A DNA stretch of 64,000 bases from an uncultured Candidatus Saccharibacteria bacterium (GCA_964491925.1 CAZBGZ010000004.1:23529-87528); one strand, 5' to 3'. Shown: positions 17,992 through 28,121, numbered from the stretch's first letter. The notes: generated from the letters alone by a model not told the origin. A program made the numbers and translations.

Positions 17992-18531
17992 TTACTCAGA
18001 TTTCTCAGTTTTTTCGGCTTCAGCATGACGTTTCTCAACTTCTGCGGCTTTTGCCTCTAGCTCAGCTTCTTCTTTAGCTTTTTCAGCCATTTCGACTTCG
18101 TGCATTGCTTCTTTTTCTTCGTGAATCTTAGCTTCCTCTTCTTCGGCCTTTTTATCAACAACTGTGTTTACTGTTTCTTTGTCGAAGTCCATGCCTGTCA
18201 TGCGGGCAGATTTACCCGTACGGTTACGCATATAACTGAGGTAGTTTCGGCGAACTTTGCTACGTTTTACTACTTCTACTTTTAACACTAGCGGTGAGTG
18301 TAGCAAATATGTCTTTTCGACACCTACACCACTGGCAATACGTCTAACGGTAATAGAGGATGTGTGACTATTCTTGCGGTCAGTTCTAATAACCAGACCT
18401 TCGAAGATCTGTACACGTTCTTTAGCACCTTCTTTGATCTTTTGGTGCACCTTTACAGTGTCGCCAGAACGAACATCAACGACCTGGTGTTTTTTGAACT
18501 GTTTTTCGATCTCTCTTACAACTGTGCTCAT
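17992..18531 (-). CDS. rplS: 50S ribosomal protein L19 with ~60-aa Glu/Lys/Ala-rich C-terminal extension
   Basis: 179 aa. L19 core (GDTVKVHQKIKEG...RVQIFEGLVI...GVGVEKTYLLHSP) followed by EEEAKIHEEKEAMHEVEMAEKAKEEAELEAKAAE... Confidence 0.93.
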   Translation of the reverse strand: MSTVVREIEKQFKKHQVVDVRSGDTVKVHQKIKEGAKERVQIFEGLVIRTDRKNSHTSSITVRRIASGVGVEKTYLLHSPLVLKVEVVKRSKVRRNYLSYMRNRTGKSARMTGMDFDKETVNTVVDKKAEEEEAKIHEEKEAMHEVEMAEKAKEEAELEAKAAEVEKRHAEAEKTEKSE

Positions 18532-18540
18532 AGAAGGTAA

Positions 18541-18569
18541 ATTTTACACGATTACCACCTCTATTGCAA
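18541..18569 (-). promoter_or_regulatory. rplS promoter TTGCAA-17-TAAAAT, 9 nt before ATG 18531
   Basis: Palindromic TTGCAA at 18564-18569, 17-nt spacer, rc of 18541-18546 = TAAAAT. No Shine-Dalgarno. Confidence 0.45.
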
Positions 18570-18596
18570 CACCTCGGGCGTGTTATTATTTAGGGT

Positions 18597-19736
18597 ATGG
18601 GAAAAGATTTTGGAAAATTGGCGTTAGAGCAACACAAAAAACTTGGTGGCAAACTGAGTATTGCCCCTAAAGACCAGCTAGACACTAATGACAAACTGAG
18701 CACCTACTACACCCCAGGAGTGGCAGCCGTATCTAGCCATGTCGCAAAACACCCTGACGAAACCAGAGACTATACCTGGACCAATAACACCGTAGCGGTC
18801 GTCAGCGATGGCACGGCGGTTCTCGGCCTAGGGAATATTGGCCCGCAAGGCGCACTACCAGTAATGGAAGGTAAAGCCATGATATTCAAAGACTTTGCCA
18901 ATGTGGATGCTGTGCCGGTAGTTATTGACGTGCACTCTGCCGATGAAATCGTTGAAACCGTTAGAGCAATTGCGCCAAGTTTTGGTGGAATTAACCTTGA
19001 AGATATAGCAGCACCAATCTGTTTCGAAGTCGAAGAAAGACTAAAAAAACAGCTTAAAATACCTGTTTTTCACGACGACCAACATGGTACAGCAATAGTG
19101 GTGCTAGCAGGGTTAATAAATTCCATGAAGATTACCGGCAGGAAATTAAAAGAATGCCGAATCGTATGCGTTGGTGCGGGGGCCGCGGGTACAGCGGTCA
19201 TGAAGCTGATTCACTTGTATGCCAAGCCAGAAATACTAGTGGTGGATAGTAAAGGAATTATTTCACCATCTAGAACTGATCTAAATAGCGAAAAAAAGAA
19301 GTTGCTGGATTTTACTAATAATAATGGTAAAAATGGTTCACTTGCTGATGCCATGGAAGGTGCTGACATTTTTATTGGCGTATCTGCGCCGGGACTAGTT
19401 ACTGCCAAGATGGTAAAAACCATGGCAAAAGACCCAATAATCTTTGCTATGGCTAACCCTGTCCCAGAAATAATGCCGGATATTGCCAAGAAGGCTGGCG
19501 TAGCCATAATGGCCACTGGACGTAGCGACTTCCCTAACCAAGTCAATAATGCCCTGGCATTCCCTGGTATATTTCGCGGGGCACTCGACAACAAAGTCAG
19601 TCAAATCACAGAACAGCACAAAATTGCGGCCGCCGAAGTTATCGCAGGTCTCGTTGAAAAACCTACACCTGAAATGATTATCCCAAGCGTCCTAGACAAA
19701 CGCCTAGTCCCAGCAATCGCAAGTGTCATTATCTAA
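18597..19736 (+). CDS. NAD(P)-dependent malic enzyme (short form)
   Basis: 379 aa. YYTPGVAAVS, AVVSDGTAVLGLGNIGP..ALPVMEGKAMIFK, GAGAAG dinucleotide-binding loop. Confidence 0.88.
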   Translation: MGKDFGKLALEQHKKLGGKLSIAPKDQLDTNDKLSTYYTPGVAAVSSHVAKHPDETRDYTWTNNTVAVVSDGTAVLGLGNIGPQGALPVMEGKAMIFKDFANVDAVPVVIDVHSADEIVETVRAIAPSFGGINLEDIAAPICFEVEERLKKQLKIPVFHDDQHGTAIVVLAGLINSMKITGRKLKECRIVCVGAGAAGTAVMKLIHLYAKPEILVVDSKGIISPSRTDLNSEKKKLLDFTNNNGKNGSLADAMEGADIFIGVSAPGLVTAKMVKTMAKDPIIFAMANPVPEIMPDIAKKAGVAIMATGRSDFPNQVNNALAFPGIFRGALDNKVSQITEQHKIAAAEVIAGLVEKPTPEMIIPSVLDKRLVPAIASVII

Positions 19737-20391
19737 CATCGAGACAATTATGGTCTAAAGAAAGCATGAGTCGTTGGTTGGCATCGTCAAACGGATCAAA
19801 AATAGTTCGACCAGAATGTACTTTTGGCTTTTTCCCCAAAATTTTTACTTCTTGTCTTAGAACTAAGATATCTCCAGGACGATAAATCGACCTGCCTTCC
19901 ATAAATAAACCAAGACCTGAGCATCTCTGAGATATATCTCTTTTTAAAAATCCATCTTCACCCAATTTTAATCCGCTGACATCAAACCAGTCATCACCAT
20001 AAACAGTAAATTCTCCCTTGTGCACAATTGGTATTAGAGCTGAGATATCTCTGACGTTCGATGCAATATCAACATGAGGCCCAAGACTTTCGCCATTTTC
20101 AAAACAGTCGATAAACATGCCGTTTAATGGAGACAATTTACGCCTGGCTATTGAAGCTTGTAGCTCACGAAGAATATCAATTTGGGATAATACGTGAGAA
20201 ACATGTTCGCTTGCCTCACCCTCTTTTCGACCTGGACTCAAATCAAGGCCACATTCTTCGAACACAGTCTGAATCTCACACACATTTATTACACTTGGCA
20301 TCAAAGCAGCTCCAGCATTTAGCGCTATGGCAACAGCCTCATCGGGGTTCGGTGCTACACGCAAGCCAGGCATAGTCTCAAGGGATGGCAT
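19729..20391 (-). CDS. hypothetical protein (orphan, 220 aa); possible HxD...H metal-site/beta-helix fold
   Basis: 220-aa ORF directly downstream of pilB. GPHVDIAS ... KPKVHSGRT ... QRLMLS resembles a 2OG-Fe(II)/cupin HxD-H-R pattern. Unverified. Confidence 0.55.
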   Translation of the reverse strand: MPSLETMPGLRVAPNPDEAVAIALNAGAALMPSVINVCEIQTVFEECGLDLSPGRKEGEASEHVSHVLSQIDILRELQASIARRKLSPLNGMFIDCFENGESLGPHVDIASNVRDISALIPIVHKGEFTVYGDDWFDVSGLKLGEDGFLKRDISQRCSGLGLFMEGRSIYRPGDILVLRQEVKILGKKPKVHSGRTIFDPFDDANQRLMLSLDHNCLDVR

Positions 20392-20440
20392 AAGTTATTC
20401 GACTTTAATATATTATACTGTTTTAGTCAATTTTATAACT

Positions 20441-22045
20441 TTATCCTATTACTCGGTAGACTTCTTGCAAGGTTGTTTCGCCGGCACAAACTTTCAGGAT
20501 GGCGTTTTGACGCATCGTGGTCATCCCACTATCAACAGCAGCTTGTTCTATCTGTTCAGTACTAGTTGCGGTGTTGCCGTTTTGAAGTAGCTCTAGAATA
20601 GGTCCGCTAAGTATGAACTGTTCGCGAATCGCCAACTGCCCACGGAAACCATAGGGGTTATCGGCTGATTTACCCGACGAAAAGAATTTTAGGTCTTCTA
20701 GTTTTGGCCTTTCTACGCCCTGTGGCAAAGTTGCTAATACATCTTGTATTTGTTTCAATTCTGCACCACTGGGGTTGTATGGAACCTTGCACGTATCATC
20801 TAGTTTTCGGACCAAACGCTGTGCCATTACCAGCCGGATCGCGGAAGCAAACAGTGGGTTAGCACCAATAACCTCCATTAGTCTGGTTAGAGCAGCTGCG
20901 GCAGAACCAGCGTGAAAAGTAGACAGAACCAGATGTCCCGTCAACGATGCTTGCAGTGCTGTCTTTGCCGTATCCATGTCGCGAATCTCGCCAACCATAA
21001 CGATATCAGGGTCTAGGCGCAGTACTGCACGAAGTTTATCTGCAAAATTAGTCTGTTGACCAGTTGTTGAGCGAACAGGTATCTGAGTAATGCCCTCGAA
21101 CTGGTACTCTACGGGGTCTTCGACAGTGATTATCTTGCGCTCTTCACTATTTAGCGAGTTGAGCATCGAATATAGTGTTGTTGTTTTACCCGAGCCTGTT
21201 GGCCCAACTGCAAGCACCAACCCACTGGGTTTTGCGATAATATCATCAACAATTTTTCTCTCTGTTGGGGTCAGTCCCAGGCGATCTAACTGATACATTT
21301 CTTGTTGCATATTAAATAAACGCATAACTATGTCCATGCCACTGACAGTCGGCACTGTTTCTAGACGAAGATTGACGTCAACGGCGTTGCCATCAGCCAT
21401 TTTTACCTGTTGAGATATATGGCCCTGCTGCGCATCGTCTGAAGATGTTGATATATTGCCAGCACTTGCGATAGCTGATACTAAGATTCTAGTTTTTTCA
21501 ATACTGACCTTGGCGATGGCATGCAGCACTCCGTCAATACGGAATCGTATTCGTGTGTAGGCTCGTTCAGACTCAATGTGGATGTCTGAAGCTTTTAGTC
21601 TGTGCGCCTGCAGCACTAGATAAGCCAGCATGTCATCGGCACGCACTTGCTCTAAGGTTGCAGACACTTGCGCAACTAAATCATCAGTTCCTGCTGTTGT
21701 TAGCTCGATGTCCTTGTAAACAATTGCTTTAGGCGGATCATACAGCTTCATATATTCCCGAAACCCGGTGTCAGAAATCATACCAAAAGCGATTCTTTGG
21801 TCTAAGAATCGTTGTCGAAGTGTTGCCATAGTTTGCTGCGAAGTAATATTGGTAACCCCAAAGCGAATATTGTGTGCATCAACCTGCACGGGAATGACTT
21901 TCAAATTATATAATTCAGGAACAGATAAAACGTCTTTATAGATTTGTTTATTGGGTATTTTTGATGTGTCAATATATGGCAATCCCAGTATATTGGCACG
22001 CTTTAGTGTACTCTGCTCTTCATCCCGGCGAGCATCTTGACTCAT
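20441..22045 (-). CDS. pilB: type IV pilus / type II secretion assembly ATPase (PilB/GspE family)
   Basis: Walker A GPTGSGKTTT, Asp/His boxes, T2SSE N-terminal domain. Start moved to ATG 22045 (MSQDARR...) with GAGGG Shine-Dalgarno; the ORF track gives 22084. Confidence 0.9.
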   Translation of the reverse strand: MSQDARRDEEQSTLKRANILGLPYIDTSKIPNKQIYKDVLSVPELYNLKVIPVQVDAHNIRFGVTNITSQQTMATLRQRFLDQRIAFGMISDTGFREYMKLYDPPKAIVYKDIELTTAGTDDLVAQVSATLEQVRADDMLAYLVLQAHRLKASDIHIESERAYTRIRFRIDGVLHAIAKVSIEKTRILVSAIASAGNISTSSDDAQQGHISQQVKMADGNAVDVNLRLETVPTVSGMDIVMRLFNMQQEMYQLDRLGLTPTERKIVDDIIAKPSGLVLAVGPTGSGKTTTLYSMLNSLNSEERKIITVEDPVEYQFEGITQIPVRSTTGQQTNFADKLRAVLRLDPDIVMVGEIRDMDTAKTALQASLTGHLVLSTFHAGSAAAALTRLMEVIGANPLFASAIRLVMAQRLVRKLDDTCKVPYNPSGAELKQIQDVLATLPQGVERPKLEDLKFFSSGKSADNPYGFRGQLAIREQFILSGPILELLQNGNTATSTEQIEQAAVDSGMTTMRQNAILKVCAGETTLQEVYRVIG

Positions 22046-22241
22046 ATAATTACCCTCACCCGAAATTCGCGAATCGTCATGCATCTATTTAACCATAAGC
22101 ACGTGATTACTTCTAGAGACGAAGTATCTTGTTTTTCAGAATGTCTTATCATATATCTTTCTTACGAGCTTAAGCTCACGGCATACTTATATAAAAAGCT
22201 CTGAGAACATACTTTAGGGTAAAATAAGATAGAATAGACTG

Positions 22242-22745
22242 ATGAGAAAAATTGTTTTGATTGCTCATGATATTCGTAGCGCACACAATGTTGGGTCATT
22301 ACTGCGCACTGCAGATGGCTTTGGCGTTACACATGTTTACCTCACGGGATTTACCCCTTACCCCAGGCAAACGAATGACGTACGTCTTCCCCACTTGTCA
22401 ACTAAATTGACGAGACAGATCAGCAAAACTGCTCTCGGGGCAGAAGCCAACACGAGCCTTTGGACGCATCATGAAGATATTAAAATTTTACTAAGCGAGC
22501 TACGAGCTAACGAATACATGGTCGTAGGTTTAGAGCAGGCAAAAAACTCAATACAGTTACCGAAATTTAACCCGTCAGACAAAGTTGCGATATTACTAGG
22601 GCGAGAAGTCGAAGGCGTAGAACCACAACTGTTAAAACTGTGTGATCAGGTCGTTGAAATACCAATGTTTGGCAAAAAGGAGTCTTTCAATGTTATAGAG
22701 GCCGCAACCGCCACAATTTATCATTGTCGATTTTACCCATTTTAG
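22242..22745 (+). CDS. SpoU/TrmH-family RNA 2'-O-methyltransferase
   Basis: 167 aa. NVGSLLRTADGFG, LLGREVEGV, IPMFGKKESFNVIEAATATIY (SPOUT knot motifs). Confidence 0.8.
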   Translation: MRKIVLIAHDIRSAHNVGSLLRTADGFGVTHVYLTGFTPYPRQTNDVRLPHLSTKLTRQISKTALGAEANTSLWTHHEDIKILLSELRANEYMVVGLEQAKNSIQLPKFNPSDKVAILLGREVEGVEPQLLKLCDQVVEIPMFGKKESFNVIEAATATIYHCRFYPF

Positions 22746-22754
22746 TGTTACAAT

Positions 22755-23726
22755 ATGCTTATGCCTGTTACGAAAGGCGCAAAAACGAGAAAACACTCAA
22801 AAAAACGTGATCATCAGCACGAAGAGCACGAACAAAAAACGAGGCATCACTCGAACCTACGCCCAAAACACAAAAACTCAAAAGATTTTCTAAAAGTCTA
22901 CTACCCTTACCTACCGTTGGTTACGGTTCTAATTATAATTTTGGCCGTTATACAGCCCTGGCAATCACGGTTTGCGCAGAAACAAGGTGTGTTGCCATAT
23001 GCTACCGAAATGAGCGTAACCGAGCTGACCAGAGACACAAATGCCAGGAGAGAGAAACAACACCTGGGACAGTTAACTCTAAATAAAAAGTTGACCGAAG
23101 CGGCTCAAGCCAAAGCCAACGACATGGTAAAACGCGATTATTGGTCACATTCGACGCCCGAAGGAAATGCTCCGTGGCAATTTATAACAGATGCAAACTA
23201 TTTGTACCAAAAAGCTGGTGAAAATTTAGCATATGGTTTCACTAACGACAATGAGGTCATAGCCGGCTGGATGAATAGCAAAAGCCATAGAGACAACCTA
23301 CTTGACCCAAGCTATATGAATGTTGGTTTTGGATTTGCCCAAAGCAAAGATTTTATCGATCAGGGGCCAACAACTGTTGTCGTAGCAATGTATGGACAGC
23401 CTTCTTCATCATCAAAAGTTACCTCGGAAAAAAACTCGACACACAACTCATTTAACACGCTCGGCGCTTCACAGGAGCCAGGTAATTACTCGATTAGAAA
23501 GGTTCAGTCTCTAACTTCTGGTATAGCCCCCTGGTCGCCTTATGCCGTAGGGGCAATCTTAGGAGCACTAATAATGTTCTTGCTAATCAAGCATGGACGG
23601 GCTTTCAGAAAATCATTAGTCCGTGGCGAGCATTACGCCTTGAAGCATCCACTAGTTGACGTAACAATCATGTCAATAATTGCCCTTGGCGCAGTTATTA
23701 GCCAGCAAATTGGAGTGATTAGGTAA
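22755..23726 (+). CDS. CAP/SCP (YkwD-like) domain protein with N- and C-terminal TM helices
   Basis: 323 aa. AQAKANDMVKRDYWSHSTPEG...GENLAYGF...AGWMNSKSHRDNLL. His-rich basic N-terminus. Confidence 0.8.
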   Translation: MLMPVTKGAKTRKHSKKRDHQHEEHEQKTRHHSNLRPKHKNSKDFLKVYYPYLPLVTVLIIILAVIQPWQSRFAQKQGVLPYATEMSVTELTRDTNARREKQHLGQLTLNKKLTEAAQAKANDMVKRDYWSHSTPEGNAPWQFITDANYLYQKAGENLAYGFTNDNEVIAGWMNSKSHRDNLLDPSYMNVGFGFAQSKDFIDQGPTTVVVAMYGQPSSSSKVTSEKNSTHNSFNTLGASQEPGNYSIRKVQSLTSGIAPWSPYAVGAILGALIMFLLIKHGRAFRKSLVRGEHYALKHPLVDVTIMSIIALGAVISQQIGVIR

Positions 23727-23731
23727 AAAAT

Positions 23732-26700
23732 TTATTGAATTTTGATATTAGATTCACCAACGATTGAAGTTATTGCACTCAACGAGTCCTTTTTTTGACT
23801 GATTCTGGCCGGCAAACGGATAATTTGCTTTTCAGAGTCTTCACCAACAACCAACACTACTTCTGAGTCGCCAACATTATTTTCTAACACAACTTTCAAG
23901 TCTGACAGTAAATTCCGATCACTAGAATCGTGGATTCGTATGTATATTCTAGTATCTTCGTTATATTCTGTCGGTTTTGGTGCCTTTACTGCTGTTTTTT
24001 TCTTTGCTGGTTTTGGAGTTTTGCGTTTTTTGCCCGTTGCTTCGTAGGCTGTAGCTTGTTCGTGAGTTACTTCTCGGGCCTCATCAGCGAGTATCTTAAT
24101 GTCGCCTGTTAGCTCCCCCGACTTATCCTGAGCAGAAACTTTACCAGCTACAATTACGACTCTATCTTTGTCCCAGATGCCCAGGGTTTGTTGATAAACA
24201 TTGGGAAATAATACAATTTCAATCTCTTCATGGTCGTCTGAAATACTGACAAACGCCATTTTTTGCCCATTTTTAGTTATTATCTCCCTAAAGGCTGTGA
24301 TTATTCCGCCAACGTGAACGCTCTTGTTGTGATGCTCAGCCATTATCTCGTCAATTGGGACGACTTGTTCGTTCAGTATCGCTTTAAATGCCTCTAGAGG
24401 GTGCTGCGACAAATAAACCCCTAGTAACTCTCTCTCCCACTGCAGCTGCTCGCGCTGGGACAATGCCGTCCCAGGTTCATCCAGCTTTAGAACTGGCTTA
24501 GAATGCTCACTGAGCTCTTCGACATTTCCAAACAAGTCAGTCTGGCCGGATGCCAAATCTTTGTGTATTTTTGACCCATACGCCAATAGAACGTCGATGT
24601 TAGAAATCAATTGATGTCGGTCGGCAAGATTATCGAAAGCACCTGATTTTATCAGGCTCTCTACCGACTTTCTGTTGACTGTTTTTGGACTGACAGTTGA
24701 AAAAAAGTCTTCAAGAGTCTCGAATGGACCATTCGCCTGTCTCGCACGCAAAATCTCTTCCACAGCAGCCGTACCTACATTTTTTATAGCGTTCATTCCA
24801 AATCTTATCGACTTTTTATCCGGGGTGACGGCAAACTCTACAAAAGATTCGTTAACGTCTGGCGCTAAAACTGTGATACCCATTGCCTGACATTCCTTTA
24901 TTTCTATAGCAAGCCTATCAGTATCGTCGAAATCACTAGACATTACTGCGGCCATAAATGCTGCCGGATAATGTGCTTTTAGATAGGCTGTTTGGTATGC
25001 GATAAGGCCGTAACAGGCCGCGTGAGATTTGTTAAAACAATATGCGGCAAAATCTTCTAGCTGTTTCCAGAATTTTTCCATGAGTGGGCGATCAGCATCC
25101 ACTGTATTTATGGCACCTTGAATAAATTCTTCTTTTAGTTTTGCCATTACCTCTGGTATTTTTTTGCCGATAGCTTTTCTCAAGGTGTCTGACTGACCAC
25201 CAGTAAAGCCACACATCTCCTTACTTATCTGCATGACTTGCTCTTGGTAGACCATGATGCCGTAAGTATTTTCGAGAGCTGATTTCATCGCAGGATGTAA
25301 ATATTCTACTTTCTTTGTACCATGTTTGCGGTCTATAAAATCTTCGATCCACTGCATGGGGCCAGGCCTATAAAGTGCAACCATTGCAATTATGTCTTCG
25401 AAAGCTGTGGGCTTTAACTCTTTTAGATAACGTTTCATGCCTGCAGATTCCAGCTGAAATACTCCAGTAGTGTCGCCACGTTGAAATAGCTCGAATGTTT
25501 TTTGATCGTCCAGTGGGATAGTATTTATATCAATGACTTCGCCATATACTTTTTTTATTATTCGGAGGGCATTCTTTATTATCGTCAAGTTCGACAGACC
25601 AAGAAAGTCCATTTTTAGTAGTCCAAGCTCCTCAATAGGGTTCATAGAATACTGAGTAGCCACTACGCCTTTTTGGGCCATTTCCAGGGGTACGTATTTT
25701 ACGATATCATCAGGAGCAATAACTACGCCGGCTGCATGGACACCATGCGATCGGATTGTGCCCTCTAGTCTAACAGCCAGATCGAATACTCTCGTCGACT
25801 GTTCGTTTGTTTCGTATTCACGCTTTAGATCTGCGTCGTCAACTAAGGACTTTGCAAGAGGTATCTGGCGGCCTTGTATAGGTGGAGGGATCATTTTTGC
25901 CAAACGATCAGCATCTGCATAAGGTACTTGTAAAACTCTGGCCACATCTCTAACAGCGTTTCGTGCGGCCATCGTTCCAAAAGTTACGATGTTGGCGACC
26001 CGCTCAGTGCCATATTTCTCAACACAATACTGAATAACTTCGTCACGCCTGGTGTCCTGGATATCAATGTCAATATCTGGCATTGATACACGATCAGGAT
26101 TTAAAAACCTCTCAAAAAGTAAGTCATATTTCAACGGATCTAGCTCTGTTATTTTTAATGAATAGGCAATTATCGAACCAGCTGCTGAACCTCTTCCCGG
26201 ACCAAAAACAATACCGTTATCTTTTCCCCAATTAATAAAATCTGAAATAATTAGAAAATAACCGCTGAAACCCATTTTCTCAATTACTTCCAACTCGTAT
26301 TTTGCCCGCTTCTTAATATCTTCCGTTAGTGTTTTTTTTGCTTCGGGTGTTGATAGTTTGCCAGCATTTTTTCCTTTTATACCTCCGTAACGCCAAGCAA
26401 GCCCTTGATAAACTTGTTTTTCGAGACTCGAACGTTCTGTTTCTCCTTTGTTAACGGGGAACTTTGGAATTAGTATCTTTCCTAGTTCTATATTAACTGC
26501 ACACCGATTTGCAATCTGGCTGGTGTTTTTTATAAGCTCTGGGTGGTCATCTCCCCACCGGTCAATTATCTCTTTTGGATCTGTCACATGTAAATCGAAG
26601 TTTTTTAGACTCATTCTCTTTTCGTCAGTCAGAAAAGAACCAGTTTGCACGCAGAGTAAGATCTCGTGGGCCTCTTGATCTTCATGACTCAAATAATGAG

Positions 26701-27358
26701 CGTCACTGGTAACAACACATTTTATATCTAGTTCTTTGCCCAATCGGAGCGTCTGTTCCGTTACTGCTACTTGTTCATCCCAAACGTGTGGATGTTCAGG
26801 ATGACCGTGGTCCTGCACTTCTAGATAGTATCTATCCCCGAAAACCGACTTGTACCACTGCGCTGTTTCTTTGGCCTTTTTGTATTGATTTTGGCGTAAT
26901 GCATCGCCTATCTCACCCCCGATACAGCCAGACAAAACTATCAAACCTTCGTTATATTTCTTTAGCAAATCGTGGTCAATTCTTGGCCGATAATAGAACC
27001 CCTCTAGGTTGGCTCGGGTACTGAGTTGCATCAGGTTTTGATAACCCTTGTTGTTCATCGCTAGCACTATCAAGTGACTGTTTAGCTTGTCCTTGGCCGG
27101 GTCCTTGTCGGTGTGTTTTCTTGGGGCTACATATGTTTCCATACCTATTACGGGTTTTAACTCTTGCGAATACGCTTGTTTATAAAAATCAATGACGCCG
27201 GAGAGAGTCCCATGGTCAGTTATGGCAATTGATTGCATGCCAAAAGACTTTACGCGGGTAACCAGTGCTGGAATTTTGGTTAGTCCGTCCAATAGACTGT
27301 ACTGAGTATGGTTGTGCAAATGCACAAAGTCGCTAACAGCTAAATCACTTTTCTTCAT
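23732..27358 (-). CDS. dnaE: DNA polymerase III alpha subunit
   Basis: 1208 aa. PHP domain FVHLHNHTQYSLLDG, polymerase core, OB fold, C-terminal Lys-rich linker plus extra domain. Confidence 0.95.
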   Translation of the reverse strand: MKKSDLAVSDFVHLHNHTQYSLLDGLTKIPALVTRVKSFGMQSIAITDHGTLSGVIDFYKQAYSQELKPVIGMETYVAPRKHTDKDPAKDKLNSHLIVLAMNNKGYQNLMQLSTRANLEGFYYRPRIDHDLLKKYNEGLIVLSGCIGGEIGDALRQNQYKKAKETAQWYKSVFGDRYYLEVQDHGHPEHPHVWDEQVAVTEQTLRLGKELDIKCVVTSDAHYLSHEDQEAHEILLCVQTGSFLTDEKRMSLKNFDLHVTDPKEIIDRWGDDHPELIKNTSQIANRCAVNIELGKILIPKFPVNKGETERSSLEKQVYQGLAWRYGGIKGKNAGKLSTPEAKKTLTEDIKKRAKYELEVIEKMGFSGYFLIISDFINWGKDNGIVFGPGRGSAAGSIIAYSLKITELDPLKYDLLFERFLNPDRVSMPDIDIDIQDTRRDEVIQYCVEKYGTERVANIVTFGTMAARNAVRDVARVLQVPYADADRLAKMIPPPIQGRQIPLAKSLVDDADLKREYETNEQSTRVFDLAVRLEGTIRSHGVHAAGVVIAPDDIVKYVPLEMAQKGVVATQYSMNPIEELGLLKMDFLGLSNLTIIKNALRIIKKVYGEVIDINTIPLDDQKTFELFQRGDTTGVFQLESAGMKRYLKELKPTAFEDIIAMVALYRPGPMQWIEDFIDRKHGTKKVEYLHPAMKSALENTYGIMVYQEQVMQISKEMCGFTGGQSDTLRKAIGKKIPEVMAKLKEEFIQGAINTVDADRPLMEKFWKQLEDFAAYCFNKSHAACYGLIAYQTAYLKAHYPAAFMAAVMSSDFDDTDRLAIEIKECQAMGITVLAPDVNESFVEFAVTPDKKSIRFGMNAIKNVGTAAVEEILRARQANGPFETLEDFFSTVSPKTVNRKSVESLIKSGAFDNLADRHQLISNIDVLLAYGSKIHKDLASGQTDLFGNVEELSEHSKPVLKLDEPGTALSQREQLQWERELLGVYLSQHPLEAFKAILNEQVVPIDEIMAEHHNKSVHVGGIITAFREIITKNGQKMAFVSISDDHEEIEIVLFPNVYQQTLGIWDKDRVVIVAGKVSAQDKSGELTGDIKILADEAREVTHEQATAYEATGKKRKTPKPAKKKTAVKAPKPTEYNEDTRIYIRIHDSSDRNLLSDLKVVLENNVGDSEVVLVVGEDSEKQIIRLPARISQKKDSLSAITSIVGESNIKIQ

Positions 27359-27387
27359 AACCCCTCGTTCATACTATTTTTATTATA

Positions 27388-27414
27388 AGAAAAACTGTCG
27401 CTTATAGCGACAGT
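27388..27414 (-). terminator. intrinsic terminator after the ytxH-like gene
   Basis: Perfect 9-bp stem ACTGTCGCT/AGCGACAGT (27394-27402 / 27406-27414), 3-nt loop, TTTTTCTT on the minus strand. TATAAT and GAGGGG Shine-Dalgarno for dnaE follow. Confidence 0.75.
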
Positions 27415-27440
27415 TATGTCATGTAAAATTTACGAGATAC

Positions 27441-27848
27441 TTATTTCTTAAGGTACTTAAGTAGATTGTCTTTTGCTTTTGTTGCGTCCTCGATGGCTTT
27501 TTTTAATTCGGGTTCATCTGTTTCGCCGTTCTTTATAGCGCTGATTACTACTTTTACCTTTTGTTGGGCTTCCTGGGCTACTTCTAGGGCTTGGGTTAGC
27601 CCTTCTTTGGCCTTTGCGCCTTCTTTTCGGGCCAGTTCTTTGCCCTTACTTATCAAATCACTTAGCTCACCATGAAGTTGCTTTAACTTTTTTTCTGCTT
27701 CGCGCTTTAGGTTATTGGCAGTTTTTTTGATATCTGCGCGAGTTTCCTTGCCACTTTTTGGAGCCGTCAAAATACCCGCTAAAAAACCAGCTACTACACC
27801 GATTGCTGCACCAGCCGCGAGTTTTTTTCCTGAATTGTTTTTCCCCAT
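27441..27848 (-). CDS. YtxH-domain protein
   Basis: 135 aa. GAAIGVVAGFLAGILTAPKSGKETRADIKK followed by a Lys/Glu helical region. Confidence 0.7.
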   Translation of the reverse strand: MGKNNSGKKLAAGAAIGVVAGFLAGILTAPKSGKETRADIKKTANNLKREAEKKLKQLHGELSDLISKGKELARKEGAKAKEGLTQALEVAQEAQQKVKVVISAIKNGETDEPELKKAIEDATKAKDNLLKYLKK

Positions 27849-27849
27849 A

Positions 27850-28110
27850 TTATTTCTCCTTTTTGCTCTTCATTTCTGTTACTTTACTAACTATGTTACT
27901 TATCAAACTAGTTATAGCCACTGGTCCAGCAGTCTTCCTAAAAAAACCACTAACAGTCTCGACATCATCGACAATTTCTTCAGCCTTGTGGCTGACAATC
28001 CGAAGTTGATTAACTAGTTTAACGAGTACTACAACTAGAAAGATTGATGCGATTAATAAGACAGCCAAGGTTATTGATAGTATTATGACTAGTATTTCAA
28101 ATGCATCCAT
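27850..28110 (-). CDS. DUF948 (YtxG-like) membrane protein
   Basis: 86 aa. N-terminal TM helix then a helical domain. Adjacent to YtxH as in Firmicutes ytxGH pairs. Confidence 0.5.
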   Translation of the reverse strand: MDAFEILVIILSITLAVLLIASIFLVVVLVKLVNQLRIVSHKAEEIVDDVETVSGFFRKTAGPVAITSLISNIVSKVTEMKSKKEK

Positions 28111-28121
28111 ATGTGTTTATT

